Notes: generated by a model from the letters alone, not told the origin. A stretch of DNA of 47,389 nt from Candidatus Moraniibacteriota bacterium (GCA_003507445.1 DNVR01000010.1:1-47389); one strand, 5' to 3'; shown: positions 37,713 through 45,886, numbered from the stretch's first letter. Numbers and translations: made by a program.

Positions 37713-38405
37713 ATGAACAAAAAAACAATCGTTATTTCACTTGGAGGGTCGCTCATTGTGCCGGAAGAAATTGATTGGAAATTTGTGAAACAGTTTAAAA
37801 AGGTTATTGAAGATGGAATTACCAAGGGTTTTCGCTTCATCATCATTACCGGTGGAGGAAAAACCGCCAGAAAATATATTGAAGCTGGCGCAAAGGTAGG
37901 AAACATTGATGATGAGGACAAAGATTGGATTGGAATTCACGCCACCAGAATGAATGCGCATTTCATCCGAACTATTTTCAAAAAATATGCGCATCCGACG
38001 ATTAACAAAAATCCATATGATTTGGAAAGTTTTTTGAAAGCCAAAGAATCAGTTTTGGTTGCTGCCGGATATAAACCGGGAAATTCAACGGATTACATTG
38101 CAGTGTTACTTGCTAAACATTTTGATGTTAAAAAAATTGCCAACCTTTCTAATATTGATTACGTTTGTGATAAAGATCCAAAGAAGCACAAAGACGCCAA
38201 AAGAATCAAGGAGATTGGTTGGGACGATTTTCAAAAAATAGTGGGCGATACTTGGGATCCTGGTTCCAATGTTCCATTTGACCCAATAGCTTCCAAGATG
38301 GCAGCCAAAGAGGGAATCGAAGTTGCAATCCTAAACGGCAAGAAAATGAATAATTTTCAAAAATATTTGGATGGGGAAAAGTTTGTTGGAACAACTATAA
38401 AATAG
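37713..38405 (+). CDS. pyrH: UMP kinase, archaeal-type
   Basis: IVISLGGS, GGGKTARKY, D.IGIHATR.NA, PGNSTD, PFDPIA; TGCTATAAT extended -10 at 37677. Confidence 0.93.
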   Translation: MNKKTIVISLGGSLIVPEEIDWKFVKQFKKVIEDGITKGFRFIIITGGGKTARKYIEAGAKVGNIDDEDKDWIGIHATRMNAHFIRTIFKKYAHPTINKNPYDLESFLKAKESVLVAAGYKPGNSTDYIAVLLAKHFDVKKIANLSNIDYVCDKDPKKHKDAKRIKEIGWDDFQKIVGDTWDPGSNVPFDPIASKMAAKEGIEVAILNGKKMNNFQKYLDGEKFVGTTIK

Positions 38406-38438
38406 CTTACTAGGCATTAGCTCCTTAGCTTCTTAGAG

Positions 38439-38463
38439 AAACAACTCGAAAGGGTTGTTTTTT
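38439..38463 (+). terminator. Terminator after pyrH
   Basis: AAACAACTC-GAAA-GGGTTGTTTTTT. Confidence 0.75.
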
Positions 38464-38526
38464 CTTATATATATATGCTCAGTTTGTATTCAGAAGTAAA
38501 AATCCCATTGCCCAAGGAGGCACAAA

Positions 38527-38670
38527 ATGGAGACAACAAACCGCATGGACGGACTATCAAGAAAGGTGGCAAAAGTTTTTTTAAAATTGATTGGCATGTC
38601 ACTTGAGGGAAAAGTGCGAACAAAATATCTTTTACGCATAAATGATTTTCTTGAAGAAAATAAGGCTTGA
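38527..38670 (+). CDS. Small 47-aa basic protein (not in ORF track)
   Basis: AAGGAGG SD then METTNRMDGLSRKVAKVFLKLIGMSLEGKVRTKYLLRINDFLEENKA*; terminator downstream. Confidence 0.55.
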   Translation: METTNRMDGLSRKVAKVFLKLIGMSLEGKVRTKYLLRINDFLEENKA

Positions 38671-38689
38671 CCAATAGGTTTTGTTGAGT

Positions 38690-38730
38690 AAAAAGAAAGG
38701 CGACACTGAGTTAAAACTCTTGTCGCCTTT
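38690..38730. terminator. Bidirectional terminator
   Basis: AAAGGCGACA..GAGTT AA AACTC.TGTCGCCTTT. Confidence 0.75.
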
Positions 38731-38768
38731 ATTATTTGATGAAAATTCATCCTACCCAAAAGTTTCAG

Positions 38769-39545
38769 TTACTCAATTGGCAACCAAAACAAGAATTCAT
38801 GCTTCTCACGATTATACGTAATATCGCCGCCAAGCAGTCGCAGAATTTTTCTGTTAATACATAAGCCAACACCAGTTCCTTCTTTTGAAGTAGGGTCAGC
38901 TCGTTGAAACATTTCGAAAAGTCTGTTTTTCACAAATTCCTCATCAAGTGGATCGCCTGAATCAGAAACTGAAAAGTATCTTCTTTTTTCTTCCGCGTTA
39001 ATATATGAATCCAGAATAATTTCGCAATCCTGTGGACCATATTTAACACTATTATTAAAGAGATTTCCAAACACTGCTGAAAGACAACTTCGGTTTGTTC
39101 TTAATGTTATTTTACTAAATTCAATTTTGTTTTCTACTCGTATGCCTTTCTCTTGTATTTTGTCAGAGTGTGCGTACAAAATTGGTTTTATGATAACTGC
39201 TTGAATATCAGTAATCACTTTTGCCAGACTTTCATCATCCTTAAAATCCAGCATTGCTATTTCAGTAAGAGATCTCATAATGTTCAATTCCATCGCAGAA
39301 AGTCCAATGTGTGCTTTTTGTAAATACATTTTTGCATCATCATTTAATAATTCACCGCATTTCTCATGAACAACTCTTCCAACAAAGCCCAGTGCAGCTG
39401 CTAATGGTTGCTTCATTTCATGTGTTATATTCATAAAGAAATCCTTGAAGGCCTCTTCATGTTCCCGCATTTTAATTGCCTTTTTTCTACTCATTATAAC
39501 CGGAAATGCATTCTTGACAGTTTCAATAATTTTTGCGAAATTCAT
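38769..39545 (-). CDS. Cytoplasmic histidine kinase (HisKA + HATPase), no obvious sensor domain
   Basis: H-box THEMKQPL, N-box NLFNNSVKY, G2 GTGVGL; SD GAGGTG before ATG 39545. Confidence 0.88.
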   Translation of the reverse strand: MNFAKIIETVKNAFPVIMSRKKAIKMREHEEAFKDFFMNITHEMKQPLAAALGFVGRVVHEKCGELLNDDAKMYLQKAHIGLSAMELNIMRSLTEIAMLDFKDDESLAKVITDIQAVIIKPILYAHSDKIQEKGIRVENKIEFSKITLRTNRSCLSAVFGNLFNNSVKYGPQDCEIILDSYINAEEKRRYFSVSDSGDPLDEEFVKNRLFEMFQRADPTSKEGTGVGLCINRKILRLLGGDITYNREKHEFLFWLPIE

Positions 39546-39601
39546 TTTGCACCTCTTTCTTATATGTATTTTATATTTTATTGTAAATGTGCGAAGGCTG
39601 T

Positions 39602-39630
39602 ATTGTGACATATTATGTATTTTGTGTCAA
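39602..39630 (-). promoter_or_regulatory. Putative promoter for the kinase
   Basis: Minus strand TTGACA-17nt-CACAAT with TGn extension. Confidence 0.55.
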
Positions 39631-39679
39631 TACTTGTGCTGGCGCCCGTTAATTGCTATGTTTAAGCTATAAAAAGATT

Positions 39680-40390
39680 ATGGGTAAATTAGTATTTGAC
39701 ATTGAAACAATTGGTGCTGATTTTAACTTGCTGGATGAAACTTCGCAGGAAGTGCTTACGCGTTGGATCAAAAAAGAGACAGCTTCCGATGAGGAATATG
39801 AAAAAGAATTAGCAGAAGTGAAAAATGGGCTTTGTTTTTCTCCTTTAACTGGCCAAATTGTGGCTATTGGAGTTTATGATGTTGAAAAAGATAAAGGCGC
39901 AGTATATTTCCAGGCCCCAGATGGCAGTGTTTCTGACTTTGAAGATGGCAATATAAAATTCAGAGTTTTGGGCGAAAAGGAAATGCTAGCACAATTTTGG
40001 AATTTGGCCGAAAAATATGATGAATTTGTCAGCTTTAACGGGCGCACATTTGATGTGCCTTTTTTATTTGTCAGAAGTGCAATTAGTGGAATTCGACCTT
40101 CAAAAAACCTGATGGCTAATCGTTATCTCTCAAGCCAACCGCAAAACGCCAAACATATTGACCTGCTTGATCAACTCACTTTTTATGGTGCAGTTCGTCG
40201 CAAAGGCAACTTGCATCTTTGGAGCAAAGCTTTTGGCATCAAGAGTCCCAAGGAAGAGGGGATTTCCGGAGACGACGTTGGTCAACTTTTCAAAGAAAAA
40301 AGATTCCTTGATATTGCAAAATATAATGTGGGGGATTTGCAAGCTACCAAGTCGCTGTATGAATATTGGGAAAAATTCTTGAAATTTTAA
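39680..40390 (+). CDS. Stand-alone 3'-5' exonuclease (RNase H-like, PolB-exonuclease-like)
   Basis: ExoI VFDIET, ExoII FNGRTFDVPFL, ExoIII YNVGD. Confidence 0.88.
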   Translation: MGKLVFDIETIGADFNLLDETSQEVLTRWIKKETASDEEYEKELAEVKNGLCFSPLTGQIVAIGVYDVEKDKGAVYFQAPDGSVSDFEDGNIKFRVLGEKEMLAQFWNLAEKYDEFVSFNGRTFDVPFLFVRSAISGIRPSKNLMANRYLSSQPQNAKHIDLLDQLTFYGAVRRKGNLHLWSKAFGIKSPKEEGISGDDVGQLFKEKRFLDIAKYNVGDLQATKSLYEYWEKFLKF

Positions 40391-40420
40391 TATTCTACAA
40401 AAATACAAATATACAAAAAA

Positions 40421-40457
40421 AATAAAGCCGGATCATCTGATGATGACCGGCTTTATT
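40421..40457. terminator. Bidirectional terminator
   Basis: AATAAAGCCGG.TCATC...GATGACCGGCTTTATT. Confidence 0.8.
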
Positions 40458-40471
40458 AAATCTCGTACGTA

Positions 40472-40630
40472 TCAAGGTGTTGTTTCGGTTGTGGGTGTAG
40501 TGATTGGTTCATTGCCTTCAGTGTTTGATTGTTGATCTTGCAACCTTTTTTCACGCATACCAATTGCAAGAATCTTTACCATACAAACAAACGTTGACAA
40601 GGTTTCATCACAACTTTCTTTTCTACTCAT
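40472..40630 (-). CDS. Small 52-aa protein (not in ORF track)
   Basis: AAGGAGGT SD; MSRKESCDETLSTFVCMVKILAIGMREKRLQDQQSNTEGNEPITTPTTETTP*. Confidence 0.55.
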   Translation of the reverse strand: MSRKESCDETLSTFVCMVKILAIGMREKRLQDQQSNTEGNEPITTPTTETTP

Positions 40631-40651
40631 AACGCATTACCTCCTTGGAAA

Positions 40652-40807
40652 TTAGGTAAAGTCTTCACCCTGCAATCCAGCGCCAATCATTTTTCCTTCT
40701 TTATCAACGTAACCACACTTGCAAAGATCGTCTAAAAAAACTTTTGCTATTCCATCGAGTTCTTCATCAACAGGATCATATTCGTAGACAACAGGATCGT
40801 TTTTCAT
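40652..40807 (-). CDS. Small 51-aa protein resembling a single WG/KWG repeat (not in ORF track)
   Basis: GAGGAGG SD; MKNDPVVYEYDPVDEELDGIAKVFLDDLCKCGYVDKEGKMIGAGLQGEDFT*. Confidence 0.6.
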   Translation of the reverse strand: MKNDPVVYEYDPVDEELDGIAKVFLDDLCKCGYVDKEGKMIGAGLQGEDFT

Positions 40808-40857
40808 TTGCAATTCCTCCTCGGGTTTAGTTTTTAAAGAAGATTATACATCTTAAA

Positions 40858-42024
40858 TCATTTTTTCTTGATGGTCAAACTTTTGCTTTCCTTGTCCAAA
40901 ACGCGGGCGCGTTCAACGTCCTGCCGCGTGCTGACCGGCAACACACTCATAATATTTTTAAGTGCGATGCCATCAACTTTGAGGACTGATTCCCATTTGT
41001 CCAAAGGTTCCAAAATCTCACGAAGCTGTTTTTCATCATATTTATAAGTCTTGCGAAGCGTCTGAGCGATGATTCCTTCATCAGAAAAAACTCTCTCCAC
41101 ACCTTCTTGTTCCATATATTTTGTTATTTTTTCTTGCAATTGAGCAAATTGAGTTTTTGTTGAAGCAATTGCTGATTTGAGATTAATATAATCACCGATA
41201 GCAGCATTGATTTCTTCACTATCAATTTTTCTTTCATCTTTGAATTTGTGTTTCCACATCGGACAAATCTTTTGAAAACCACACCAATCACAAAGTGGAG
41301 TAACATTGGGCACGAAAATTCCTTTTTCAATTTCCGCAATAACGTCTAAAAACAATTGTTTGGCGGTATTGAGTTGCTCAAGTGAACGCTGCGAGCTCAA
41401 TTTAACGCCGTGCTTGAGATAATAAAGACTAACGGTAATCTTGTCCAAATTTGCAACTTCCTTTGGATAGCGAGCCAAAAATGCATTCAAATAAACTGAC
41501 AACTGCAAATCGTTGTCCACCTTGTCCTGAGAAGGCATTTTTTTGGTTGTTTTATAATCAATGATTTCATATCCATCTTCGGTTTTATCGATGCGGTCAA
41601 TGATGCCAGAAATGATGTGATTTACCCCGTGAACTTTACCCGATAGTTCACTGGGGCCAGCTCCATTTTTTGGATCAGTTATTTCAATGGCAAAACGACT
41701 TTCCAAATCAATAATATTATAATCACTGATACTATTATTTTTGTAATATTGTTGAATCATTGCCACGCCCATTGAAAAAGCACTGCGCTCTTCCAATTCA
41801 TCTTCGAAAACATCACTGTTCCAATTTTTAGAAAAATAATCCAAAGCATCCTCCATCTTTGGAGCAAGCAATGTTGGATTATGGATAAATTTCATTGTTG
41901 AATGAATCAAAGTTCCAAAAACAGCCTCTTTGCTCTTAGGCTCTTTAATTTTGTCGATATTTTGAAACTTATATTTCAAACTGCAGTTTTGAAATGTTTC
42001 AAGGGCTGAATATGATAAACGCAT
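40858..42024 (-). CDS. PD-(D/E)XK nuclease, RecB/Cas4-like family with 1+3 Cys
   Basis: LSYSAL..F..C, FGTLIH, GIIDRID..IIDYKT, QL.VY, CDWC....C. Confidence 0.9.
   Translation of the reverse strand: MRLSYSALETFQNCSLKYKFQNIDKIKEPKSKEAVFGTLIHSTMKFIHNPTLLAPKMEDALDYFSKNWNSDVFEDELEERSAFSMGVAMIQQYYKNNSISDYNIIDLESRFAIEITDPKNGAGPSELSGKVHGVNHIISGIIDRIDKTEDGYEIIDYKTTKKMPSQDKVDNDLQLSVYLNAFLARYPKEVANLDKITVSLYYLKHGVKLSSQRSLEQLNTAKQLFLDVIAEIEKGIFVPNVTPLCDWCGFQKICPMWKHKFKDERKIDSEEINAAIGDYINLKSAIASTKTQFAQLQEKITKYMEQEGVERVFSDEGIIAQTLRKTYKYDEKQLREILEPLDKWESVLKVDGIALKNIMSVLPVSTRQDVERARVLDKESKSLTIKKK
41621..41656 (-). mobile_element. Family A palindrome inserted in-frame (36 bp) in the nuclease gene
   Basis: Minus strand CCCCAGTGAAC-TATCGGGTAAA-GTTCACGGGGTAAA, read as PSELSGKVHGVN. 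Confidence 0.72.
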
Positions 42025-42030
42025 ATAGAA

Positions 42031-42110
42031 AGGTTTTAGGAATTAGGTACTAGGTTTTAGGTAACAAATAATACAAAGCATACACCTAATACCTGATACC
42101 TAGAACCTAG
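42031..42110. repeat. Inverted heptamer arrays
   Basis: aggtttt aggaatt aggtact aggtttt agg ... cctaata cctgata cctagaa cctag. Confidence 0.75.
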
Positions 42111-42123
42111 TTTTTATTTATTC

Positions 42124-42156
42124 ATTATACCAAACAAGGGGTTTTGAGCAAGAAAA
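42124..42156 (-). promoter_or_regulatory. Promoter-like direct repeat copy 1 (toward the nuclease gene)
   Basis: Minus strand TTGCTC-AAAACCCCTTGTTTGG-TATAAT. Confidence 0.65.
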
Positions 42157-42183
42157 AAAGGTTGCGTCGCTGCACAACCTTTT
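42156..42183 (-). terminator. Terminator after the small Cys-rich gene
   Basis: Minus strand AAAAGGTTGTGCAGCGACGCAACCTTTTTTT. Confidence 0.7.
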
Positions 42184-42184
42184 A

Positions 42185-42397
42185 TTACCAAGTATAATAC
42201 CGTACTCCATTGCAAACATCACAACGATGTATAGCATTAATGATAATAACATGCCCAGATTCTTTCAAGGGACAATTTTTCCGACGCTTCTCACCGCATC
42301 TGAAGCATTCATTACTGGGTACAGTTGAATCACTGCAACCAAGCACTCTAACAGCAGATTTCTCCGTACAACAATCAAAACAGAAAAAAATCTTCAC
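42185..42397 (-). CDS. Small Cys-rich putative metal-binding protein
   Basis: CFDC, CFRC, CDVC motifs; SD AAGGAGAGG before GTG; own terminator. Confidence 0.7.
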   Translation of the reverse strand: MKIFFCFDCCTEKSAVRVLGCSDSTVPSNECFRCGEKRRKNCPLKESGHVIIINAIHRCDVCNGVRYYTW

Positions 42398-42455
42398 ATA
42401 ACCTCTCCTTTTTGTTGTGATGTTAAAATACTCCGTACCATCATTTCATACTTTT

Positions 42456-42488
42456 ATTGTACCAAACATGAGATTTTGAGCAAGAAAA
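42456..42488 (-). promoter_or_regulatory. Promoter-like direct repeat copy 2
   Basis: Minus strand TTGCTC-AAAATCTCATGTTTGG-TACAAT. Confidence 0.65.
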
Positions 42489-42495
42489 GTTGGTG

Positions 42496-42544
42496 TTGAC
42501 AAGTTCTTCTATTTTTATTATTATGAATGTATACTAATTTAGTA
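42496..42544 (+). promoter_or_regulatory. Promoter plus palindromic putative Rrf2 operator
   Basis: TTGACA-17nt-TATTAT; TACTAATTTAGTA palindrome at 42532-42544. Confidence 0.55.
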
Positions 42545-42558
42545 GGGATTATTAAAAT

Positions 42559-42948
42559 ATGAAATTTTCAACCAAAGCAGAATATGGACTTAAGGCTATG
42601 ACTAATCTGGCGCAATGTTATCCAGTGCAAAAAACAATAGGCGAAATTGCAAAAGAAGAAAATGTTTCCCAAAAATATCTTGAAAGATTAATGGGAATCC
42701 TTCGAAATGGGGGAGTGGTGCAAAGTTCGAAAGGAAAGCAGGGTGGTTATGTGTTGTCGAAAGATCCAAAAAAAATTCCTGTTGGTGAAATTATAGAACT
42801 TTTGGATGGAGAAATTGCACCAATGCGCTGTGTGGGAAAATTCTGTTCCAGTGAGCATAAGTGTCCCTCTAGTGTTGTTTGGAACAAGCTGGGAGTGCAA
42901 ATAAAAAAAACATTGTATTCAATAAAATTAGATTCATTAGTAAAATAA
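42559..42948 (+). CDS. Rrf2 family transcriptional regulator (IscR-like, three Cys)
   Basis: STKAEYGLKA, YLE.L...L, G..GGY.L, C....C.....C; upstream of iscS/iscU. Confidence 0.9.
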   Translation: MKFSTKAEYGLKAMTNLAQCYPVQKTIGEIAKEENVSQKYLERLMGILRNGGVVQSSKGKQGGYVLSKDPKKIPVGEIIELLDGEIAPMRCVGKFCSSEHKCPSSVVWNKLGVQIKKTLYSIKLDSLVK

Positions 42949-42956
42949 GAAATTTT

Positions 42957-44180
42957 ATGAAAAAAATTTATTTAGACTACGCTGCAACCACTCCGGTTGA
43001 TAATAAAGTACTTGAAAAAATGCTACCATATTTTTCGCAAAATTTTGGCAATGCAATGAGTGTGCATAGTTTTGGGCAAGAAGCTTTGGAAGCAGTTGAT
43101 GAGGCTCGAGCAAAAGCCGCACTTTTTTTTCGTGCGAGTGCTTCTGAAATTATTTTTACCTCAGGAGCCACGGAAAGCAATAACCTTGTGGTAAAAGGAA
43201 GTTTACGTTCATATTATTCTGCTCCCAGAAGAGCTGGCGAAAAACCGCATATTATCACTACTAAATTTGAACATCATTGTGTACTAGATGCTTGCAAATT
43301 TGCAGAAAAAGATGGGCTTGCTGATGTGACATTTGTTGCACCTAATAAAGAAGGTTTAATTTCAATCAAAGACATCAAGGCAGCCATCAAACCCAACACA
43401 ATTTTAATTTCCGTGATGTACGTTAATAATGAAATTGGCACAGTGCAGCCAATTGCTGAGATAGGGAAGTTGCTCAAAAAAATAAACGCTGAGCGATTGG
43501 AGAAAAAAATGCCGCACATAACATTCCATACTGACGCTACCCAAGCCATCAACTATTTTAATTGCGATGTGGATGAACTTGGTGTTGATTTGCTTTCAAT
43601 GTCAGCACATAAAATTTATGGCCCGAAAGGTATTGGACTTTTGTATGTTAGAAAAGGCACTTTGATTAAACGCGTGCAAGATGGTGGCGATCAAGAATTC
43701 AGATTGCGAGCTGGAACACACAATGTTCCTGCCATAGTTGGACTTGGAGAAGCAATCAATATGATCAAAACTCCAGCCACGCAAAAAAATATTATTGAAA
43801 TAACCAAACTGCGAGATTATCTTATCAAGCGCGTACTAAAAGAGATTCCCAAGTCATATCTTAATGGCTCATCTGAAAAAAGATCGCCTAATAATGCAAA
43901 CTTTCGCTTTGATGATGTTGAAGGAGAAGGTTTAATACTTTCACTTGATTTGGATGGTATCGCAGCCTCCACTGGCTCAGCTTGCTCATCTGGAGCTCTT
44001 GATCCATCGCACGTCTTGCTTTCTTTGGGGCTTAAGCACGAGCAAGCTCACGGCAGTCTCAGATTAACCCTAGGAAAACACACCACCAAAAAAGAATTAG
44101 ACATTGTCATTGAAAAAATAAAAGAAGTAGTAAAGCGTCTAAGAAAAATTTCCGGCAACGTCCTCGCCGACTTCCAATAA
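42957..44180 (+). CDS. iscS: Cysteine desulfurase IscS/NifS
   Basis: YLDYAATTP, FTSGATE, HTDATQ, SAHKIYGPKG, STGSACSS. Confidence 0.93.
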   Translation: MKKIYLDYAATTPVDNKVLEKMLPYFSQNFGNAMSVHSFGQEALEAVDEARAKAALFFRASASEIIFTSGATESNNLVVKGSLRSYYSAPRRAGEKPHIITTKFEHHCVLDACKFAEKDGLADVTFVAPNKEGLISIKDIKAAIKPNTILISVMYVNNEIGTVQPIAEIGKLLKKINAERLEKKMPHITFHTDATQAINYFNCDVDELGVDLLSMSAHKIYGPKGIGLLYVRKGTLIKRVQDGGDQEFRLRAGTHNVPAIVGLGEAINMIKTPATQKNIIEITKLRDYLIKRVLKEIPKSYLNGSSEKRSPNNANFRFDDVEGEGLILSLDLDGIAASTGSACSSGALDPSHVLLSLGLKHEQAHGSLRLTLGKHTTKKELDIVIEKIKEVVKRLRKISGNVLADFQ

Positions 44181-44191
44181 AAAACCTTTTC

Positions 44192-44309
44192 TGTCATTCC
44201 CGCGGAGGCGGGAATCCAGGATAATACAAAAAAGTTAATTAAATCACAACTATTTTTATAGAAAACATTGCGTGCTAAACCTGGATTCCGGGTCAAGCCC
44301 GGAATGACA
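44192..44309. repeat. Palindromic element, family B
   Basis: TGTCATTCCCGCGGAGGCGGGAATCCAGG ... CCTGGATTCCGGGTCAAGCCCGGAATGACA. Confidence 0.88.
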
Positions 44310-44316
44310 AATGTTT

Positions 44317-44703
44317 ATGCAAAAATATTCAAAAAAGGTTTTAGAACACTTTACCAAACCCCATAATCAGGGGAAAATTAAAAATGCAGACGGCGTTGGC
44401 ACTGTTGGCAATCCAAAGTGTGGCGATATTATGCGCCTATACATCAAGGTTTCCAAAGATAAACAAGGTCAGGAAATAATCAAAGATGTAAAATTTGAAA
44501 CATTGGGTTGCGGTGCAGCCATTTCAACCTCATCAATGACCACAGACTTAGCAAAAGGGAAAACCATCGAACAAGCCCTAGAAATAACCAACAAGAGCGT
44601 AGCAGAAGAACTAGGAGGTCTTCCTTCAGCCAAAATGCATTGCTCAAATCTGGCTGCTGATGCACTGCACGCTGCTATTAAAAATTATAAAACCAAGAAA
44701 TAA
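44317..44703 (+). CDS. iscU: Fe-S cluster scaffold IscU/NifU-N
   Basis: YSKKVLEHF..P.N.G, GNPKCGD, GCGAAI, KMHCS. Confidence 0.93.
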   Translation: MQKYSKKVLEHFTKPHNQGKIKNADGVGTVGNPKCGDIMRLYIKVSKDKQGQEIIKDVKFETLGCGAAISTSSMTTDLAKGKTIEQALEITNKSVAEELGGLPSAKMHCSNLAADALHAAIKNYKTKK

Positions 44704-44768
44704 AGCACTGAAAAATTTTATTTTTCAATATTTTTTTAATTAATTTATTAAATATTAAATAAAAAACT

Positions 44769-45182
44769 ATGCCAAATTTAAGAGAATTAAAAGTGGGGGA
44801 TGCAGAAAAATTAAAACCACTATTTAAGATACTTACAGGCAATGAAGTTTCTATAGATGAAACCGCATTAATTAGCGATCCAAATTCTATCTGTTTGGTT
44901 TTTGAAGAAGGAAATGAATTGATCGGCTTTGGGTCCTTGATAATTCACAAAGTTCCGACGAAAGGGGAAGTGGCCAGACTCGAAGATATTGTTATTGGCG
45001 ATAATAACCAAGGAAAAGGTCTTGGACGAGCATTGGTTTTAAGGTTAATTGAAATTGCAAAAGAGCGAAAAATAAAACAAATAAATCTTACAAGTAATCC
45101 GATGCGAGTTGCTGCGCAAAAGTTATATGAGTCAATTGGTTTCGTTAAATATAACACTGACACATTCAGAATGACTTTTTAG
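44769..45182 (+). CDS. GNAT family N-acetyltransferase
   Basis: LEDIV....QGKGLG, LTSNP.R.AA..LYESIGF. Confidence 0.9.
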   Translation: MPNLRELKVGDAEKLKPLFKILTGNEVSIDETALISDPNSICLVFEEGNELIGFGSLIIHKVPTKGEVARLEDIVIGDNNQGKGLGRALVLRLIEIAKERKIKQINLTSNPMRVAAQKLYESIGFVKYNTDTFRMTF

Positions 45183-45280
45183 TTTAAAATTAAAAAAGGT
45201 AACATTACCTTAATTTGTACATATCTCTACATTTTGATATATAAATAGGGTAGAAGACACCTTATTTATAAATATATACA

Positions 45281-45308
45281 ATGTCGCACATTATATCTTT
45301 TACGACAT
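45281..45308. other. Candidate dif-like site (11-6-11 imperfect palindrome)
   Basis: ATGTCGCACAT-TATATC-TTTTACGACAT in a ~900-bp gene-free gap between convergent genes. Confidence 0.35.
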
Positions 45309-45886
45309 ATAATACAAATATGGGCTTAGCGAGGCATCTACCATTAACTATTCATTATTCTCTTATATACTCGCATTTACTATTATTATCAACCCAATTA
45401 ACCCATATTCCCCGCAACCATATTCTTTCATTTTTATATTCTCAACTTCTCCTCCTTGTCTTTTTAAGATATTTCAAGATAATATCTTATTTTTGACCTA
45501 ATCGTAAAATAATGCCTAAGATAAGCCATATTAGGAGGTATACGTATACCACTTTTTACCCAAAGAGGCCTTACAGGTCAATTTTGAGCGTCGTTTTATG
45601 ACTTAAACAAGCCATAATTTGGAGGTTATTTTAAGGTCTTTTCGGGGCATATTTTGACTGTTTTTGCCCTGGGATTGTATATTTTATTACTTCTAGTGTC
45701 TGTATATGGATTAATCAAATGCAAAGCTTCTAGAGTAAAATAAGAGGTCTTTTTGCGATCTCTGATATGCCAATCGCTAACATACATTTAAGTATTATTA
45801 GCTATAGAAAAAATTAAAAAAAATAAATTTTAAAATTTTTTGAAAAAATTACAAAAAACAATTTGAACAATAAGTTAAGCGCATAT

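Noticed and set aside
38465..38759. Minus-strand ORFs 38465-38674 and 38490-38759
   Set aside because: TTG starts without SD, one crossing a terminator; the plus-strand 38527 ORF has a clear SD
40858..42024. Cas4 as evidence of a CRISPR system
   Set aside because: Stand-alone RecB-family nuclease with no cas1/cas2 or array nearby
45281..45496. 71-aa ORF
   Set aside because: Low-complexity Leu/Ile/Ser/His sequence from AT-rich DNA, with no motif support
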